Shown here: one piece after another, positions 1-12,746 of the stretch
Layout of the letters: every line of letters begins with the position of its first letter
Position numbering within the stretch: the stretch's first letter is position 1
Assembly: GCA_951406725.2 (NCBI GenBank)
Contig: OX597820.1
Location: 25,420,001-25,484,000, forward strand
Length of the DNA: 64,000 nt
From: Octopus vulgaris
Lineage: Eukaryota
Reading direction: 5' to 3'
The notes under the pieces: model-generated
Told to the model about the DNA's origin: nothing
Databases searched by the model: none
The model's input: only the letters and a program-made list of their open reading frames with translations
Translations under genes and position numbers: made by a program

Positions 1-10
1 TTCCTTTTTC

Positions 11-120
11 ATTATTTACATCTGACGGATATTTGTCCTCATCTTGTTTGTTGTTAACACAACATTTCAGCTGTTAGCAACAAACAAAATGAGGGCAAAT
101 ATCCGTCAAATGTAAATAAT
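11..120. repeat. ~48-bp-arm imperfect inverted repeat (Penelope-terminus-like)
   Basis: attatttacatctgacggatatttgtcctcatcttgtttgttgttaaca is mirrored by tgttagcaacaaacaaaatgagggcaaatatccgtcaaatgtaaataat. Confidence 0.75.
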
Positions 121-324
121 GTACATAATTCCTTATCTCTTAAATATAGAACTGTATTTTCATTTTAATTCGATAATAATGGTAGTCATAATAATCCTTT
201 CTACTAAAGGCACAGGGGCTGAAAATTTGTGGGCGGGGGATTGATTACATTGACCCTAGTTTTTAACTGGTACTTATTTCTCCTTCAATAAACACGATCT
301 GATCTATGTGAGCATGGCTACCAA

Positions 325-492
325 ATTTCGTCTGCCATTACATTCTGAGCTCAAATTCTGTCGAAGTCGACTTTGCCTTTCATCCTTTCGGGGTCGATAA
401 ATTAAGTACCAGTTAAGCACTGGGGTTGGTCTAATCGACTTAATCCGTTTGTCTGTCCTTGTTTGTCCCCTCTATGTTTAGCCCCTTGTGGG
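325..492 (+). mobile_element. SINE family B, partial copy
   Basis: Carries the ttctgagYtcaaattc..gtcgactttgcctttcatcctttcggggtcgataaattaagtacc motif found in many copies across the window. Confidence 0.7.
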
Positions 493-1327
493 TTCTTGAT
501 CCCCAACATTAAACTAAAAAGAAAGAAAACAAGAGTGAGCCATAACATGGTTGTTTGATCTGTTGGAAATAATAGCCAAATTTCTCTCAAATGAACACCA
601 GCATTTTTAGAAAAGAAGCTTTGATTCACTCAGAACTATAGAAGATATTTCCCCCAGTGTTGTGATACGGAATGAAACCTGGAATAATCATCTGAATTGA
701 CCACCAAGTCCTGAGCAACACATTAAATTGCATTTAGTGGCAAGGTCCCTGCTTGGGAATTCATAAGCCTTGGGAAGCATAGAGTTACCCATTAGTCACC
801 AGAGCTCCTATGCCTGCACTGGCCCAGGATTTTGCTACCTGTCAAGGCTCCAATAATGAATCAATCAACAGAAGATTCAAAGGTGAACCACATTGGCCCA
901 ACAGTGTAAGGAGATACCTTGATGTCTTGGGAGAGAGTCTTTTTGGCTAAGAGCTAAAGAGGTTCTGTGCCTCAAACGTAAATTCAGGCGAGCAGAAAAC
1001 TATCAGTGTAAATTGTAAATAAACTGGCAAAAAGCAACAGGAAACCACAGCTGTATCTTTCCCAAGAAAAATCAGTAATCTTCAGAATTTGGTATTGATG
1101 TCCACGGTTGCCAACACCTGTAGATATGGAGAGACAGGAGGGTTGTTAACTGTTATGTAGATTTGAATGTTTTACGATATGAGGTTTTAAATAATATCAA
1201 AATAATAACAAAGTCTGTCGTAATTTAACATACTGAGCCAAGTTAGGCGCTCGATCTGCTAGATATAGCAGTCAACAGTCCCTCAAATCATACCCAACTT
1301 TCTTTAAAAGGAAAAAAAAACATACAT

Positions 1328-1361
<34 letters not shown>

Positions 1362-1910
1362 GCAGAAAATGCACTCCTTGATTTCCCCCACCCACCAAAA
1401 GTCGAGATAGTCATACCTGGTGTCGATGTTTGCATCTACAATATCTGGGCTGACTTGATATTATTATATAACAACGTCGCTATCAAGTTTCATGTTCGTT
1501 AATAGTGTTCCACATGATCGCACTCGTTTGTTCATCCATGATTGCTTCCCTTGGACCCAGTGGAAGTCCAGTGGTAACGTGTGAATTGCGTGTATTTATG
1601 CTTGTATACATGCACACACACACACAAACATGTTCTTTATTCTTTTAGTGGTTCAGTCGATGGAACATGGCTGTACTGGAGCACCGCCTTATTTTTGTTT
1701 ATTTATTTATTAGTCTTTTTTTTTCAGCTTTATTTAAGTTTTATTGCTGAAAGTTAGTGTATAATTGAGTTTAGTGGCAGTTGACCTTCCTTGAGTATAA
1801 CCTTGTAGAGTTGGTTGGCTCGGTATTTTGATTACATAAATACATGCATGCATGTATGAATGGATGGATGGATGGTGATGCAAATAGGAAAAGTAGAACT
1901 CAAAATATGA

Positions 1911-2070
1911 GCGTAGGCGCAGGTGTGGTAAGTAGCTTGCTAACCAACCACATGGTTCCGGGTTCAGTCCCACTGCGTGGCACCTTGGGCAAGTGTCTTC
2001 TGCTATAGTCCCCGGCTGACCAATGCCTTGTGAGTGGATTTGGTAGACGGAAACTGAAAGAAGCCTGTCG

Positions 2071-2105
<35 letters not shown>

Positions 2106-2266
2106 CTGTGTTTGTGTGTCTGTGTTTGTCCCCCTGGCAATGCTTGACAACCGATGCTGTAGAATAAGTACTGGGCTTACAAAGAATAAGTCCAGGGGTC
2201 GATTTGCTCGACTAAAGGCGGTGCTCCAGCATAGCCGCAGTCAAATGACTGAAACAAGTAAAAGAG
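1911..2266 (+). mobile_element. tRNA-derived SINE family A
   Basis: B-box-like GGTTCAGTCCC head, gtggcaccttgggcaagtgtctt core, internal (TA)n/(TG)n tract and the tail ggcggtgctccagcat..gcagtcaaatgactgaaacaagtaaaag. Confidence 0.85.
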
Positions 2267-2278
2267 TATATATATACA

Positions 2279-2438
2279 ATGGCCCAGTGGTTAGGGCAGC
2301 GGACTTGCGGTTGGAGGATCGCGGTTTCGATTCCCAGACCGGGCGTTGTGTGTGTTTATTGAGCGAAAACACCTAAAAAAAGCTCCACGAGGCTCCGGCA
2401 GGGGATGGTGGTGATCCCTGCTGTACTCTTTCACCACT
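2279..2438 (+). mobile_element. tRNA-derived SINE family C, partial
   Basis: Head tggcccagtggttagggcagcggac..ggtttcgattccc; related copies at 41231-41530 (+) and 7580-7787 (-). Confidence 0.75.
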
Positions 2439-2488
2439 CTAAAAGGCGGTGCTCCAGCATGGCCGCAGTCAAATGACTGAAACAAGTA

Positions 2489-2549
<61 letters not shown>

Positions 2550-2559
2550 TATTTAAAAG

Positions 2560-2905
2560 AATCGTTTGCATGCCGGGCGAAATGCTACATTCTGAGTTCA
2601 AATTCCACCGAGGTCGACTTCGGGGTCGATTAAATAAGTACCTGTTATGCACTGAGGTCGTGTAATCGACTTAATCACTTTGTCTGTCCTTGTTTGTCCC
2701 CTCTCTCTGTTTAGCCCCTTGTGGGCAACATAAAAATAAGAAACGTTAGCACACTGAGCTTAATGCTTAGTGGTATTTCGTCTGTCTTTACGTTCTGAGT
2801 TCAAATTCCACCGAAGTTGACTTTACCTTTCATCGATAAATTAAGATCTAATCGACTGGATCCCTCCCCAAATAATTTCGTGTCTTGTGCCTAGAGTAGA
2901 AAGAA
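2560..2905 (+). mobile_element. SINE family B, tandem copies
   Basis: Two ttctgagttcaaattccaccga units and the 3' end ttgtgcctagagtagaaaga. Confidence 0.75.
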
Positions 2906-2913
2906 TATGGAAC

Positions 2914-2964
<51 letters not shown>

Positions 2965-4155
2965 GGAAGATGGGAGAAGTGAAAGCGTTGCTCAATTACT
3001 ATTTTCAAGGCTTCAGTGTCTAAATCGGAGACCTAGCCCGAATGCTTGCAGCAAACTGGACCCTGTTAAAGACAGTCCCAAGTAGTAGTGTTAAACCGGA
3101 CGACAGATTAGGTCTTATTACAACCACCGAGCGCGCGCAGTTATAAGATGGAAATTATATGCTTCGATACTGTTGTTATTGTAATCATTGTGTAGTCTCC
3201 ACCCGCCTTGTTCAATTCTTATTGAACGGACATATGTTTAACATTATCCAGTATATCTTCCCCTTTTCTTAAGATGACGGGATGTGATATGCGGAAGATT
3301 TAGCTACTATTTCTAACGGCTTAGATGATAACTTTCAGGCTGCTCCTTCTTAGTTTGATTCAAGGTAAGCTTGTGTCTTGACGTTGTTTCAAGTCGTGCA
3401 AGGGACATAATTCAGTTTGCATGCATGGATTTACTACACAAGGTAGCACGTATCGTATTGATTCACTACACAATTGAAGAATAGCGTCGTTTGTTTACAG
3501 ATCTGCAAATACTGAGAGATTCCTAGATAGATGGTCTACTACCCTGCTATTCATACTCCCAGCCGTTCGAAGTATTTTGTATAGTTGAACTAAGTATGCC
3601 TGGACCATTAAACAAAATTCCCATTAAGTTGTATTTTGAGGACAAATAATATTTTTTCCTATCTTGATAATAACATTGTTCTAAACTAGATAACATACAC
3701 ACATACGTATGTATCTAGATATATGTGTGTATATCTATCTATCTATCTATCTATCATCATCATCATCATCATTTAACGTTCATTTTCTTTGTGGGCTTGG
3801 GTCGGACAGTTTGACAGGAGCTAGCAAGTCTGAAGGCTGCGCCAAGCTCGTCTGTCTACTTTAGCATGATTTCTTTGGTTGGATGCCTTTCCTAATGCCT
3901 ATCACTTTACATAGTGTACTGGGTGCTTTATATGTGACCCCAGTACCAGTGAGGTTACTAAATAACTTACAAGACCATACTCCTCAACTGAAAAGTGAGT
4001 AGGATCGAAAGAGGTGGCTTTGTTCCAAGTGATGAGAGGTTAGAGTATGAATAGAGGGACAGAAGTAGGTATCTTGCATTAAAGGAGATACAAGGCTACT
4101 TTAGAAGAAGAGAGGAAAGAGAGAGGGTGCAGCAGATGGAGAAAATTTGACAAGG

Positions 4156-4519
4156 GGCGTAGGGGTGGCTGTGTGGTAAGTAGCTTGCTTACGAACCACA
4201 TGGTTCCAGGTTCAATCCCACTGCGTGGCACCTTGGGCAAGTGTTTTCTACTATAGCCTCGAGCTGACCAAAGCCTTGTGAGTGGATTTGGTAGACGGAA
4301 ACTGAAAGAAGCCCGTCATATATATGTGTGTGTGTATATAATATATATATATGTGTGTGTGTGTATGTTTCTGTGTCTGTAACTTAGCGGTTCATCGAAA
4401 GAGACCGATAGAATAAGTACTAGGCTTGCACAGAATAAGTCCTGGGGTCGATTTGCTTGACTAAAAGGTGGTGCTCCAGCATGGCCACAGTTAAATGACT
4501 GAAACAAGTAAAAGAGTAA
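4156..4519 (+). mobile_element. SINE family A
   Basis: A-box-like TGGCTGTGTGG, B-box-like GGTTCAATCCC, core and tail all present. Confidence 0.85.
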
Positions 4520-4565
4520 GGGGTTAGCAAGGATCCTATTAAAGAGATATTAAAATTTTATAGGT

Positions 4566-4760
4566 AGGCATATGTCAGTCTCGAAAGCATATTTTGTGTC
4601 AGCCACTGATGGCAATGTGGACCTATACAGCCACAGCATCACCATCAGTGGCTGTATAGGCCCACACAGGAGTGACAGTCTTACATGTAGCGACTGCATT
4701 TGAACATGCTCTCCACCAGTGTTACGGTGCTTTCTGTTCTTTGAGTGCACTCTTCTTTGG
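4566..4760 (-). mobile_element. degenerate 3' end of RTE-type LINE
   Basis: Minus strand translates to FKCSRYM*DCHSCVGLYSH, resembling the C-terminal Cys/His motif of RTE ORFs; ends with a ttcgagactgacatatgcct tail. Confidence 0.5.
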
Positions 4761-5335
4761 TGGCAAGTTTTAGTTTAAAATTTTATATATCATTTAAATG
4801 CTAAATGACTTCTGCATCACTGTGCATGTGTGTGTGGAGATCTGACTCCTTTATTGATCAAGTCAAAACAGCCCCATAGAGGCTACAGGTCTCTATGATC
4901 TGCATTATTGGAAGTTAGCCTAGCAGCACATTGGGTTTCACCTAGCTTGTTTGAGATGACAGTTCATGGTACCTGCTTTGGATGTCAATTATACTGAGCC
5001 TAAAGAAAAGGGTTTACATGTGTAAATAGGTTAGTGGGCTTAACAAAACCGCAAAGGTTTCAAAAAGGGTTTATTAACGTGCGACCAAGGACTATTAATT
5101 GTTAGATATTATATGTTATTGTTTAGCCCTGATCAGCAAACTTATTATTAAAGCCATTCTGGCCATGACCATCCCTTATTCAGATACAGTGTATCTAGGA
5201 GTACATTATTTACATTTAACCTTTTGGTTTTTAAAACAGTGTGGTATGGTTTTGTGGAAGATTCTGCTGCTATTTCTAGCTGGTTGATCAACTGCATATA
5301 GCCTCTTTGGTTTATGCATTTTGTTACTGACATTG

Positions 5336-5545
5336 TTGTTGTTGGTTGTAGCAGCAGCAGTAGGAGGAGGTGGGGGTAGTAGCAGCAGCAGCAGTAGCAG
5401 TGGTAGTAGTAGTAGTAGTAGTAGTAGTAGGAGCAGCAGCAGAAGTAGTAGCAGGAATAATGGTGATGGTGATGCTGATAGTAGTAGTGGCAGTAGTAGT
5501 AGTAGTAGTAGTCGTAGTGGTAGTAGCAGTAGCTGTTGTAGTTGT
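5336..5545. repeat. GTA/GCA/GGT trinucleotide microsatellite mosaic
   Basis: Direct inspection. Confidence 0.9.
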
Positions 5546-6013
5546 TTTTCTCCTTTGATTAAAGTTCTCAGCTCCTCATGTTATAAGATTGAGATTAAAC
5601 TTAAATACATACGAGTTAAGTTGTTCAATGTTCGAAATTACAAGTCATTATCAACAAGGCTCTACTTCACTTAATTAAAAACCAAACTTAAAACACCATC
5701 AAATTCATTAAATAAACAATGTTGATGGACAAAGATATTTATTGAAAACATCTCAGTATTAGTGAAGACGAAATAATTGGGTGGGGTTAAGAGGGGATGG
5801 GGTTGGGTTTTTCTTGTTTCTTTCTTTTTTTTTATAAATATAGGTTCAGTCTTGGCTGTGCAGTAAGATGTTTGCTTCCCATCCACATGATTCTAGGTTC
5901 AGTCCCACTGTGTGGCATCTTAGGCAAGTTTCTTTTAATATCGCCAACCTATGCCTTGTGAGTGAATTTGGTAGATGAAAACTGAAAGAAGCCCATCATA
6001 TTATATATATATA

Positions 6014-6402
6014 GGCGTAGGAGTGGCTGTGTGGTATGTAGCTTGCTTACCAACCACATGATTCCGGGTTCAGTCCCACTGCGTGGCACCTTGGGCAAGT
6101 GTCTTCTACTATAGCCTCGGGCCAACCAAAGCCTTGTGAGTGGATTTGGTAGACGGAAACTAAAAGAAGCCCATCACATATATATGTATATGTTTGTGTT
6201 TCTGTATTTGTCCCCCAACATCACTTGACAACCGATGCTGGTGTGTTTACGTCCCCGTCACTTAGCGGTTCGGCAAAAGAGACCGATAGAATAAGTACTA
6301 GGCTTACAAAGAATAAGTCCTGGGGTCAATTTGCTTGACTAAAGGTGGTGCTCCAGCATGGCCACAGTCAAATGACTGAAACAAGTAAAAGAGAGTAAAA
6401 GA
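6014..6402 (+). mobile_element. SINE family A, full length
   Basis: Runs from the ggcgtaggagtggctgtgtgg head to the aaacaagtaaaagagagtaaaaga tail. Confidence 0.9.
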
Positions 6403-6613
6403 TATATATAAAGAAATACTGAAAATAGGACAAGAATGCAAAACATCCGGACAATTAGATGATACAAAAAAGGGACAACAAAACATCCAGACAGATGATA
6501 CAAAAAAACAAGGATGGGTCATTCGGAGTCTTCTTTTTTCAGTCAAGTTCCAGATTATCTTTGCAATTTCGGCTGGAAAGACTGAAGATGGATTATACGA
6601 AAATTTATTATTA

Positions 6614-6719
6614 ATCACGACAATTCTTTCGACACATCTAGCATAGATACCTCACAGGTGGGACACTCAACAACTGGTTCAGGAGCATCGGGTGATGCAG
6701 GTGTATCTCATCAGGTGAT
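6614..6719 (-). ncRNA. degenerate minimal type I hammerhead ribozyme (left arm of inverted pair)
   Basis: AUCAC-CUGAUGA-GAUACA..UGUGUC-GAAAg-AAUU-GUC-GUGAU: 5-bp stem I, 6-bp stem II; C15.2>G breaks stem III. Confidence 0.65.
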
Positions 6720-6766
6720 AAATAGACACAACTAATTAAAATAACAGTTCAACAATGTAACTATTT

Positions 6767-6838
6767 ATCACCTGATGAGGTACACCTGCACTGCCAGAAG
6801 CTCCTGAGGGATCAATGTGTCGAAGCAATTGTCATGAT
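6767..6838 (+). ncRNA. degenerate minimal type I hammerhead ribozyme (right arm)
   Basis: AUCAC-CUGAUGA-GGUACA..UGUGUC-GAAgC-AAUU-GUC-aUGAU; A15.1>G and one stem I mismatch. Confidence 0.6.
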
Positions 6839-6963
6839 TAAAAATAAATATATGTATATTCTAACTTCCATCATGCATTTGCCATATACTTAACGATCAC
6901 TGTGAAGGTGACTGTGCTTTACCATTAAGCTACTTTGTGTAGACCATTCGTTTTATTATCCAA

Positions 6964-7577
6964 TCATCATCATCATCATCGTCCAACGTCCGTTTTCCAT
7001 GCTAGCATGGGTTAGACGGTTCAACCAGGGTCTGGGAAGCCAGGAGGCTGCTCTAGGCTCTAGTCTGATCTGGCAATGTTTCTACAGCTGGATGCCCTTC
7101 CTAACGCCAACCACTCCATGAGTGTAGTGGGTGCTTTTTACGTGCCACTGGCACAAGGGCCAGAGTAGGCTGACAACGGCCATGATCGGTTGGTGCTTTT
7201 TATGTGCCACCGGCACAGAAGCCAGTCAAGGCGGCGCTGGCATCAGCCACATTCTGATGGTACTTTTTACATGCCTCAGGCACGGGTATCACAACCACAA
7301 TTTCCATTTGATTTTTATTTTAATGTTGATATACTTCACTCAATAGGTCTCCTCAAGTACAGCAGGTTGCCCTCAGATCCAAGGTACTTTGAATGGGCTG
7401 GGGCTGGTTATGTGAAGCTGGTGTAGGATACGCCATGGACTCACTTTATTTGTCGGGTCTTCGCTGTCACAGCATATCTCCAGAGGTTTCGGTCTTTTGT
7501 CATTGCCTTTGTGAGGCCCAACGTTCGAAGGTCATGCTTGACCACCTCATCCCATGTCTTCCTGGGTCTACCTCTAC
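6964..7577 (-). mobile_element. 5'-truncated RTE-type LINE (ORF end, long 3'UTR, (GAT)n tail)
   Basis: Minus strand 7577-7441 reads RGRPRKTWDEVVKHDLRTLGLTKAMTKDRNLWRYAVTAKTRQIK*, matching the RTE GRPxxxW..DR..WR motif. The 3'UTR ends acccatgctagcatggaaaacggacg..(gat)n. Confidence 0.8.
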
Positions 7578-7579
7578 TC

Positions 7580-7787
7580 TGGATGCCAGTCTGTCGCAGG
7601 TGAGCTGCAATATGCCGGAGGAAAGAGTGAGAGAAAGTTGTGACGAAAGAGTCAGCAGAAGTTCGCCATTACCTTCTGCCAGAGCCGTGTGGAGCTTAGG
7701 TGTTTCGCTCATAAACACACACATTGCCCGGTCTGAGATTCGAACCCGTGAGTCCGCTGCTCTAACCACCAGGCCATGTGCCTCCAC
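7580..7787 (-). mobile_element. SINE family C
   Basis: Reverse complement gives gtggaggcacatggcctggtggttagagcagcggactc..gggttcgaatctcagaccgggc. Confidence 0.7.
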
Positions 7788-7899
7788 TGATGATGACATA
7801 GCAGGAACATATTGGAAGAGAAACCCAAATATAGATGTATTATACATCCTAACATTCATCACCACCACTATTTTCATGACTGATTTCCTACATGTGCAC

Positions 7900-8310
7900 A
7901 TGTATGTAGGTCTTCTCCAGTACTGCATGTTACCACTTTCACAGTTCTTTATTGTCTCTTTCATGAGTCTCAGCTTCTTGAGATCAGTCTTCTATACCAC
8001 TTCTTCCCATGCCTTCCCCCATTTAACCCCTTTCTCTAACTTCTGGTCACTTCAAGTACATAGCATTTCTTTATGCAACTGATGTCCTTCATAAGCATCA
8101 CACAACCACCCTAGCACAGTCTTCTCTCTTGTATGCTACCTTTGATTTCTCTTATACCCAACTGTTCCATCTGCTCATTCATGCTTCATCATTCAGGCTC
8201 ACTGACATCACACATCCAATGAGACATATTTAGTAAATTTTTCTTTAGCCATTGGAGATTCTCCATATTCAAGTCCCACCTCTAATTACCATACAGTTTT
8301 TCATTTTGTG
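7900..8310 (-). mobile_element. highly degenerate RTE LINE ORF fragment
   Basis: Minus translation MSHWMCDVS..LGIREIKGSIQERRLC*GGCVMLM resembles RTE MLRWMC..RRLRWxGHVxRM; several stops. Confidence 0.55.
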
Positions 8311-8315
8311 CACAA

Positions 8316-8515
8316 GGCAGAAACGTTAGCACGCCAGGCGAAATGCTTAGCGGCATTTCGTCTGTCTTTATGTTCTGAGTTCAAATTCCGCCAAGGTCGA
8401 CTTTGCCTTTCATCCTTTTAGGGTTGATAAATTAAGTACCAGTTACATACTGGGGTCGATCTAATCAACTGCCCCCCTCCCCCAAGTTTCCAGGCCTTGT
8501 GCCTAGAGTAGAGAA
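8316..8515 (+). mobile_element. SINE family B
   Basis: ggcagaaacgttagcacgccaggcgaaatgcttagcgg head followed by the central domain. Confidence 0.8.
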
Positions 8516-9136
8516 GACATTAAGAGAGAAATCCTTTATTACCAGCAGAGTAAAAAGATCCCTGAACTTTACCATATCTCATTCTTAGTCTGGTTATTAT
8601 GTTTTCGGAACACACACCTTCACTGCTAATTAAGCCAAGTAAGTTACAAAAGTTATAAACTACTTCTAGGGAACCTTCTGAGCATTTGAAGGAATTTCAT
8701 CATCATCATTATCATCATCATTGTTGTTGTTGTCGTCGTCATCATCACTTTAATGACCACTTGTCCATGCTTGCATGGGTTAGATGGAATTTATTGAAGC
8801 AGTTTTTTACTGGATACACGTCCTGTTGGTAACCCTCACTTGTTGCCAGCAAGATAATATTTCCCAATTACCAGATAGGTTTTCACAGAACATTGGAAAT
8901 TGATGACACCGCTCATATGATAGTGACTCTCATTTACAACTCTTGCAAACACAGACACACACACACATACACATGTTCTTCTTTCAGTTTCTATCTGCCA
9001 GATCCACTCACAAGGCTTTTGTCTGTCTGGAGCTGTAGTAGAAAACAATTGCCCAGGGTACCAGGTAGTGAAACTGAACTCAAAATCTCATGGTTGGAAA
9101 ATAAATTTATTACTCATACAACTATATCTGTGCCTG

Positions 9137-9169
<33 letters not shown>

Positions 9170-9171
<2 letters not shown>

Positions 9172-9528
9172 TGGTTTCAAATTTTGCGACAAGGGCAGCA
9201 ATTATGGGGGAGGGGATGAGTCAATTACATCGACCCCAGTGTTCAACTGGTACTTATTTTATCGACCCCAAAAGGATGAAAAGCAAAGTCGATTTCAGCA
9301 GAATTTGAACTCAGAATAGAGCAACAGGCAAAATACCATCCAGCATGCTAACGATTCTGCCAGCTTGCCACCTTAATAATAATAATAATAATAATAATAA
9401 TCCTTTTTACTAAAAGCACAAGGCCTAAAATTTTGGGGAAGGGGACTAGTCGATGTCACCGACCCCAGCGTTTCACTGGTACTTAACTTATCAACTCCAA
9501 CAGGGTGATAGGCAAAGTCGACCTCAGA
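9170..9528 (-). mobile_element. two SINE family B copies separated by (AAT)n
   Basis: Reverse-complement matches to family B. Confidence 0.7.
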
Positions 9529-9536
9529 GAATAATG

Positions 9537-9597
<61 letters not shown>

Positions 9598-9803
9598 TAA
9601 TAATATTAATGATAATAATAATAATAATAATAATAATAATATTAATAGTAATAATAATAATAATAATATTAATAGTAATAATAATAATAGTAATAGTAAT
9701 AATATTAATAGTAATAATAATAATAATAATATTAATAGTAATAATAATAATAATAATATTAATAGTAATAATATTAATAGTAATAATAATAATAATAATA
9801 TTA

Positions 9804-9857
<54 letters not shown>

Positions 9858-9965
9858 TTAATGATATTAATAGTAATAATAATAATAATAATATTAATAG
9901 TAATAATAATAATAATAATATTAATAGTAATAATATTAATAGTAATAATAATAATAATAATATTA

Positions 9966-9996
<31 letters not shown>

Positions 9997-10590
9997 TATT
10001 AATATATTAATAGTAATAATAATAATAATAATATTAATAGTAATAATAATAATAATAATGTTAATAGTAATAATATTAATAGTAATAATAATAATAATAT
10101 TAATAGTAATAATAGTAATAATAATAATAATATTAATAATAATAGTAATATTAATAATAATAATAATAGTAATATTAATAATATTAATAATAATAATAAT
10201 AGTAATATTAATAATATTAATAATAATAATAATAGTAATATTAATAATAATAATAATAATAATAGTAATATTAATAATATTAATAATAATAATAATAGTA
10301 ATATTAATAATAATAATAATAGTAATATTAATAATAATAATAATAGTAATATTAATAATATTAATAATAGTAATATTAATAATAATAATAATAATAATAG
10401 TAATATTAATAATAATAATAATAGTAATATTAATAATATTAATAATAATAGTAATATTAATAATATTAATAATAATAATAATAGTAATATTAATAATATT
10501 AATAATAATAGTAATATTAATAATATTAATAATAATAATAATAGTAATATTAATAATATTAATAATAATAATAATAGTAATATTAATAAT

Positions 10591-10623
<33 letters not shown>
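9529..10623. repeat. ~1.1-kb compound (AAT)n microsatellite with ATT/AGT variant triplets
   Basis: Direct inspection; explains the 447-aa poly-I/L/N pseudo-ORF. Confidence 0.95.
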
Positions 10624-10624
<1 letters not shown>

Positions 10625-11624
10625 TATTTCAAGGAATTCGCATAACTATACAATACATGTGCATACCAGTATAGCACTTTATGTGTTCTTAAGATTTTTT
10701 TTTTTTTCATGAACAAATATAGAGAAGAAAAATGCTGGCAAATATATTAAAAATTGTACTCAATTAAAGTAAAGAGATAGAATACTTATCATTTCTCTTA
10801 TGGTTCCTCTTTTCCTTTCTCTCTCTCTCTCTCTCTCTGTCTTTTTCTACCTTATTCTCTCAGCTGCCATCGTCTTCAGAAGCAGACGTCTCCAGCCTCA
10901 GCCTGTCAGTCGCTTACCAAGGCTTAGCTCCCAGTTGTCAAGTGTAATCGCGCATATCGATCTGATGTGACACTAACGGTCGTCCAAACCTTCAAACTGG
11001 AGATAGATGCTAAGTAACGTGGTACGAGGGAAGCAGTAGTGATCGTAGAGAAAAGGCCCAAACACAGCTTTCATAGTAGCCTTCATTTAAGCTGGTTTGA
11101 TTGATTAGTATTAAAAGTATTAACCACATAATTGCCGTTATTATTGATTGGGTGATTGAGTGAGGAAGGGAAGGAGTGATCGGGGTGAGCATGGGACCGT
11201 CAGGTAAGGATGGGGAAGGGATAGTCGGAACGAATAGATATTTCCTCTTTCTGCTGCTTAATTTTCTTTTGAGAATTGGCAAACAGCTCCTGTTCCCTCT
11301 AGCAAGAAGGAGAGAGAAAAAAAAACGATAAAGAAACAACTAATCTTACACAAATATATTTTGTTTACGTCTGCAAACCAACGACGATATAACTTTATAT
11401 ACATATATACACACACAGATATATGACTACATATGTTCAACAATGTGTACACAGAAACGATATGTTTTTGTGTGTCTTATTTTTTTTGCGTGTCTCTGTA
11501 TTCTGTGTTTGCATAGCTTCAATTACGCATGACCCGACGCACTTATATATACACTCCGTAAGTACGCCTCCGAGTGTAATGAACTGTGTATATAAAACTT
11601 GCAAAATATTCTATACTTATATAT

Positions 11625-12001
11625 GTGTGGTAAGTAACTTACTTACCAACCACATGGTTCCGGGCTCAGTCCCACTGCGTGACATCTTGGGCAAGTGTCT
11701 TCTACTATAGCCTCGGGCCGACCAAATCCTTGTGAGCGGATTTGGTAGATGGAAACTGAAAGAAGCCCGTCGTATATATGTAGATATACATATGTATGTG
11801 TGTGTCTGTGTTTGTCCCTCCAACATCTCTTGACAACCGATGGTGGTGTGTTTACGTCCCCGTAACTTAGCCGTTCGGCAAAAGAAACCGATAGAATAAG
11901 TACTTGGCTTACAAAGAATAAGTCCTGGGGTCAGTTTCCTCGACTAAAGGTGGCGCTCCAGCATGGCCACAGTCAAACTACTGAAACAAGTAAAAAGAGA
12001 G

Positions 12002-12002
<1 letters not shown>
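11625..12002 (+). mobile_element. SINE family A
   Basis: Head (5' clipped), core and tail present. Confidence 0.85.
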
Positions 12003-12032
<30 letters not shown>

Positions 12033-12289
12033 TCTCTCTATATACGTTCTGTGTGTGTGTGTGCTTGTTTACTTATTTTTGTTTACTACTATAAACACAC
12101 CACAATACGGCATGACACACACTGCTGTGTGTATTAGAAAATGTGTAAATGTCTCTCTTTCAGTGTGTATGCTCTATCTTTGAAACCCGCGACAGTCGCA
12201 CCATGACACAGCACACACACACACACACACTTGCATGTGTGGACAGACAAATCAACACAGAAGGAAGAGATGGACCCAACACAAAGACA

Positions 12290-12336
<47 letters not shown>

Positions 12337-12709
12337 TCGTACTCCTGCATACACACACACATATATCACAGGCTTCCACACAGTTTCCATCTACGAAATT
12401 AACTTACAAGGTATTAGTTGACACCTGAAGCTATTGCAAAAGACACTTGCCCAATGTACCACACATTGGGATTGAACACCAAACCACATATTTGCAAAGT
12501 GAACGTGTTAACCACACAGCCTTGCCCTCCAAATTTGTGTGTATATTTCCAAGTGTACATGTATGTGTGTGTGTGTGTACATGCAAAACTGTTTAAATGT
12601 AGGACTAATTACATTTGTTGTGTGTGTATGTATGTATGTATGAATGTATGTATGTGTGTATGTCTATGTTGCATGTCTGTATTTGTGTTCCTATTTTTGT
12701 ATGGCTCTG

Positions 12710-12746
<37 letters not shown>

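Noticed and set aside
980-1117. Minus-strand acceptor-like site and short frame
   Set aside because: All frames close quickly and the peptide is unrecognisable.
2279-2345. tRNA-like sequences (also 18598, 35950, 41239)
   Set aside because: SINE heads: no complete acceptor stem, and they continue into repeat bodies.
9373-10716. 447-aa ORF and overlapping ORFs
   Set aside because: Translations of the (AAT)n array; no protein complexity.
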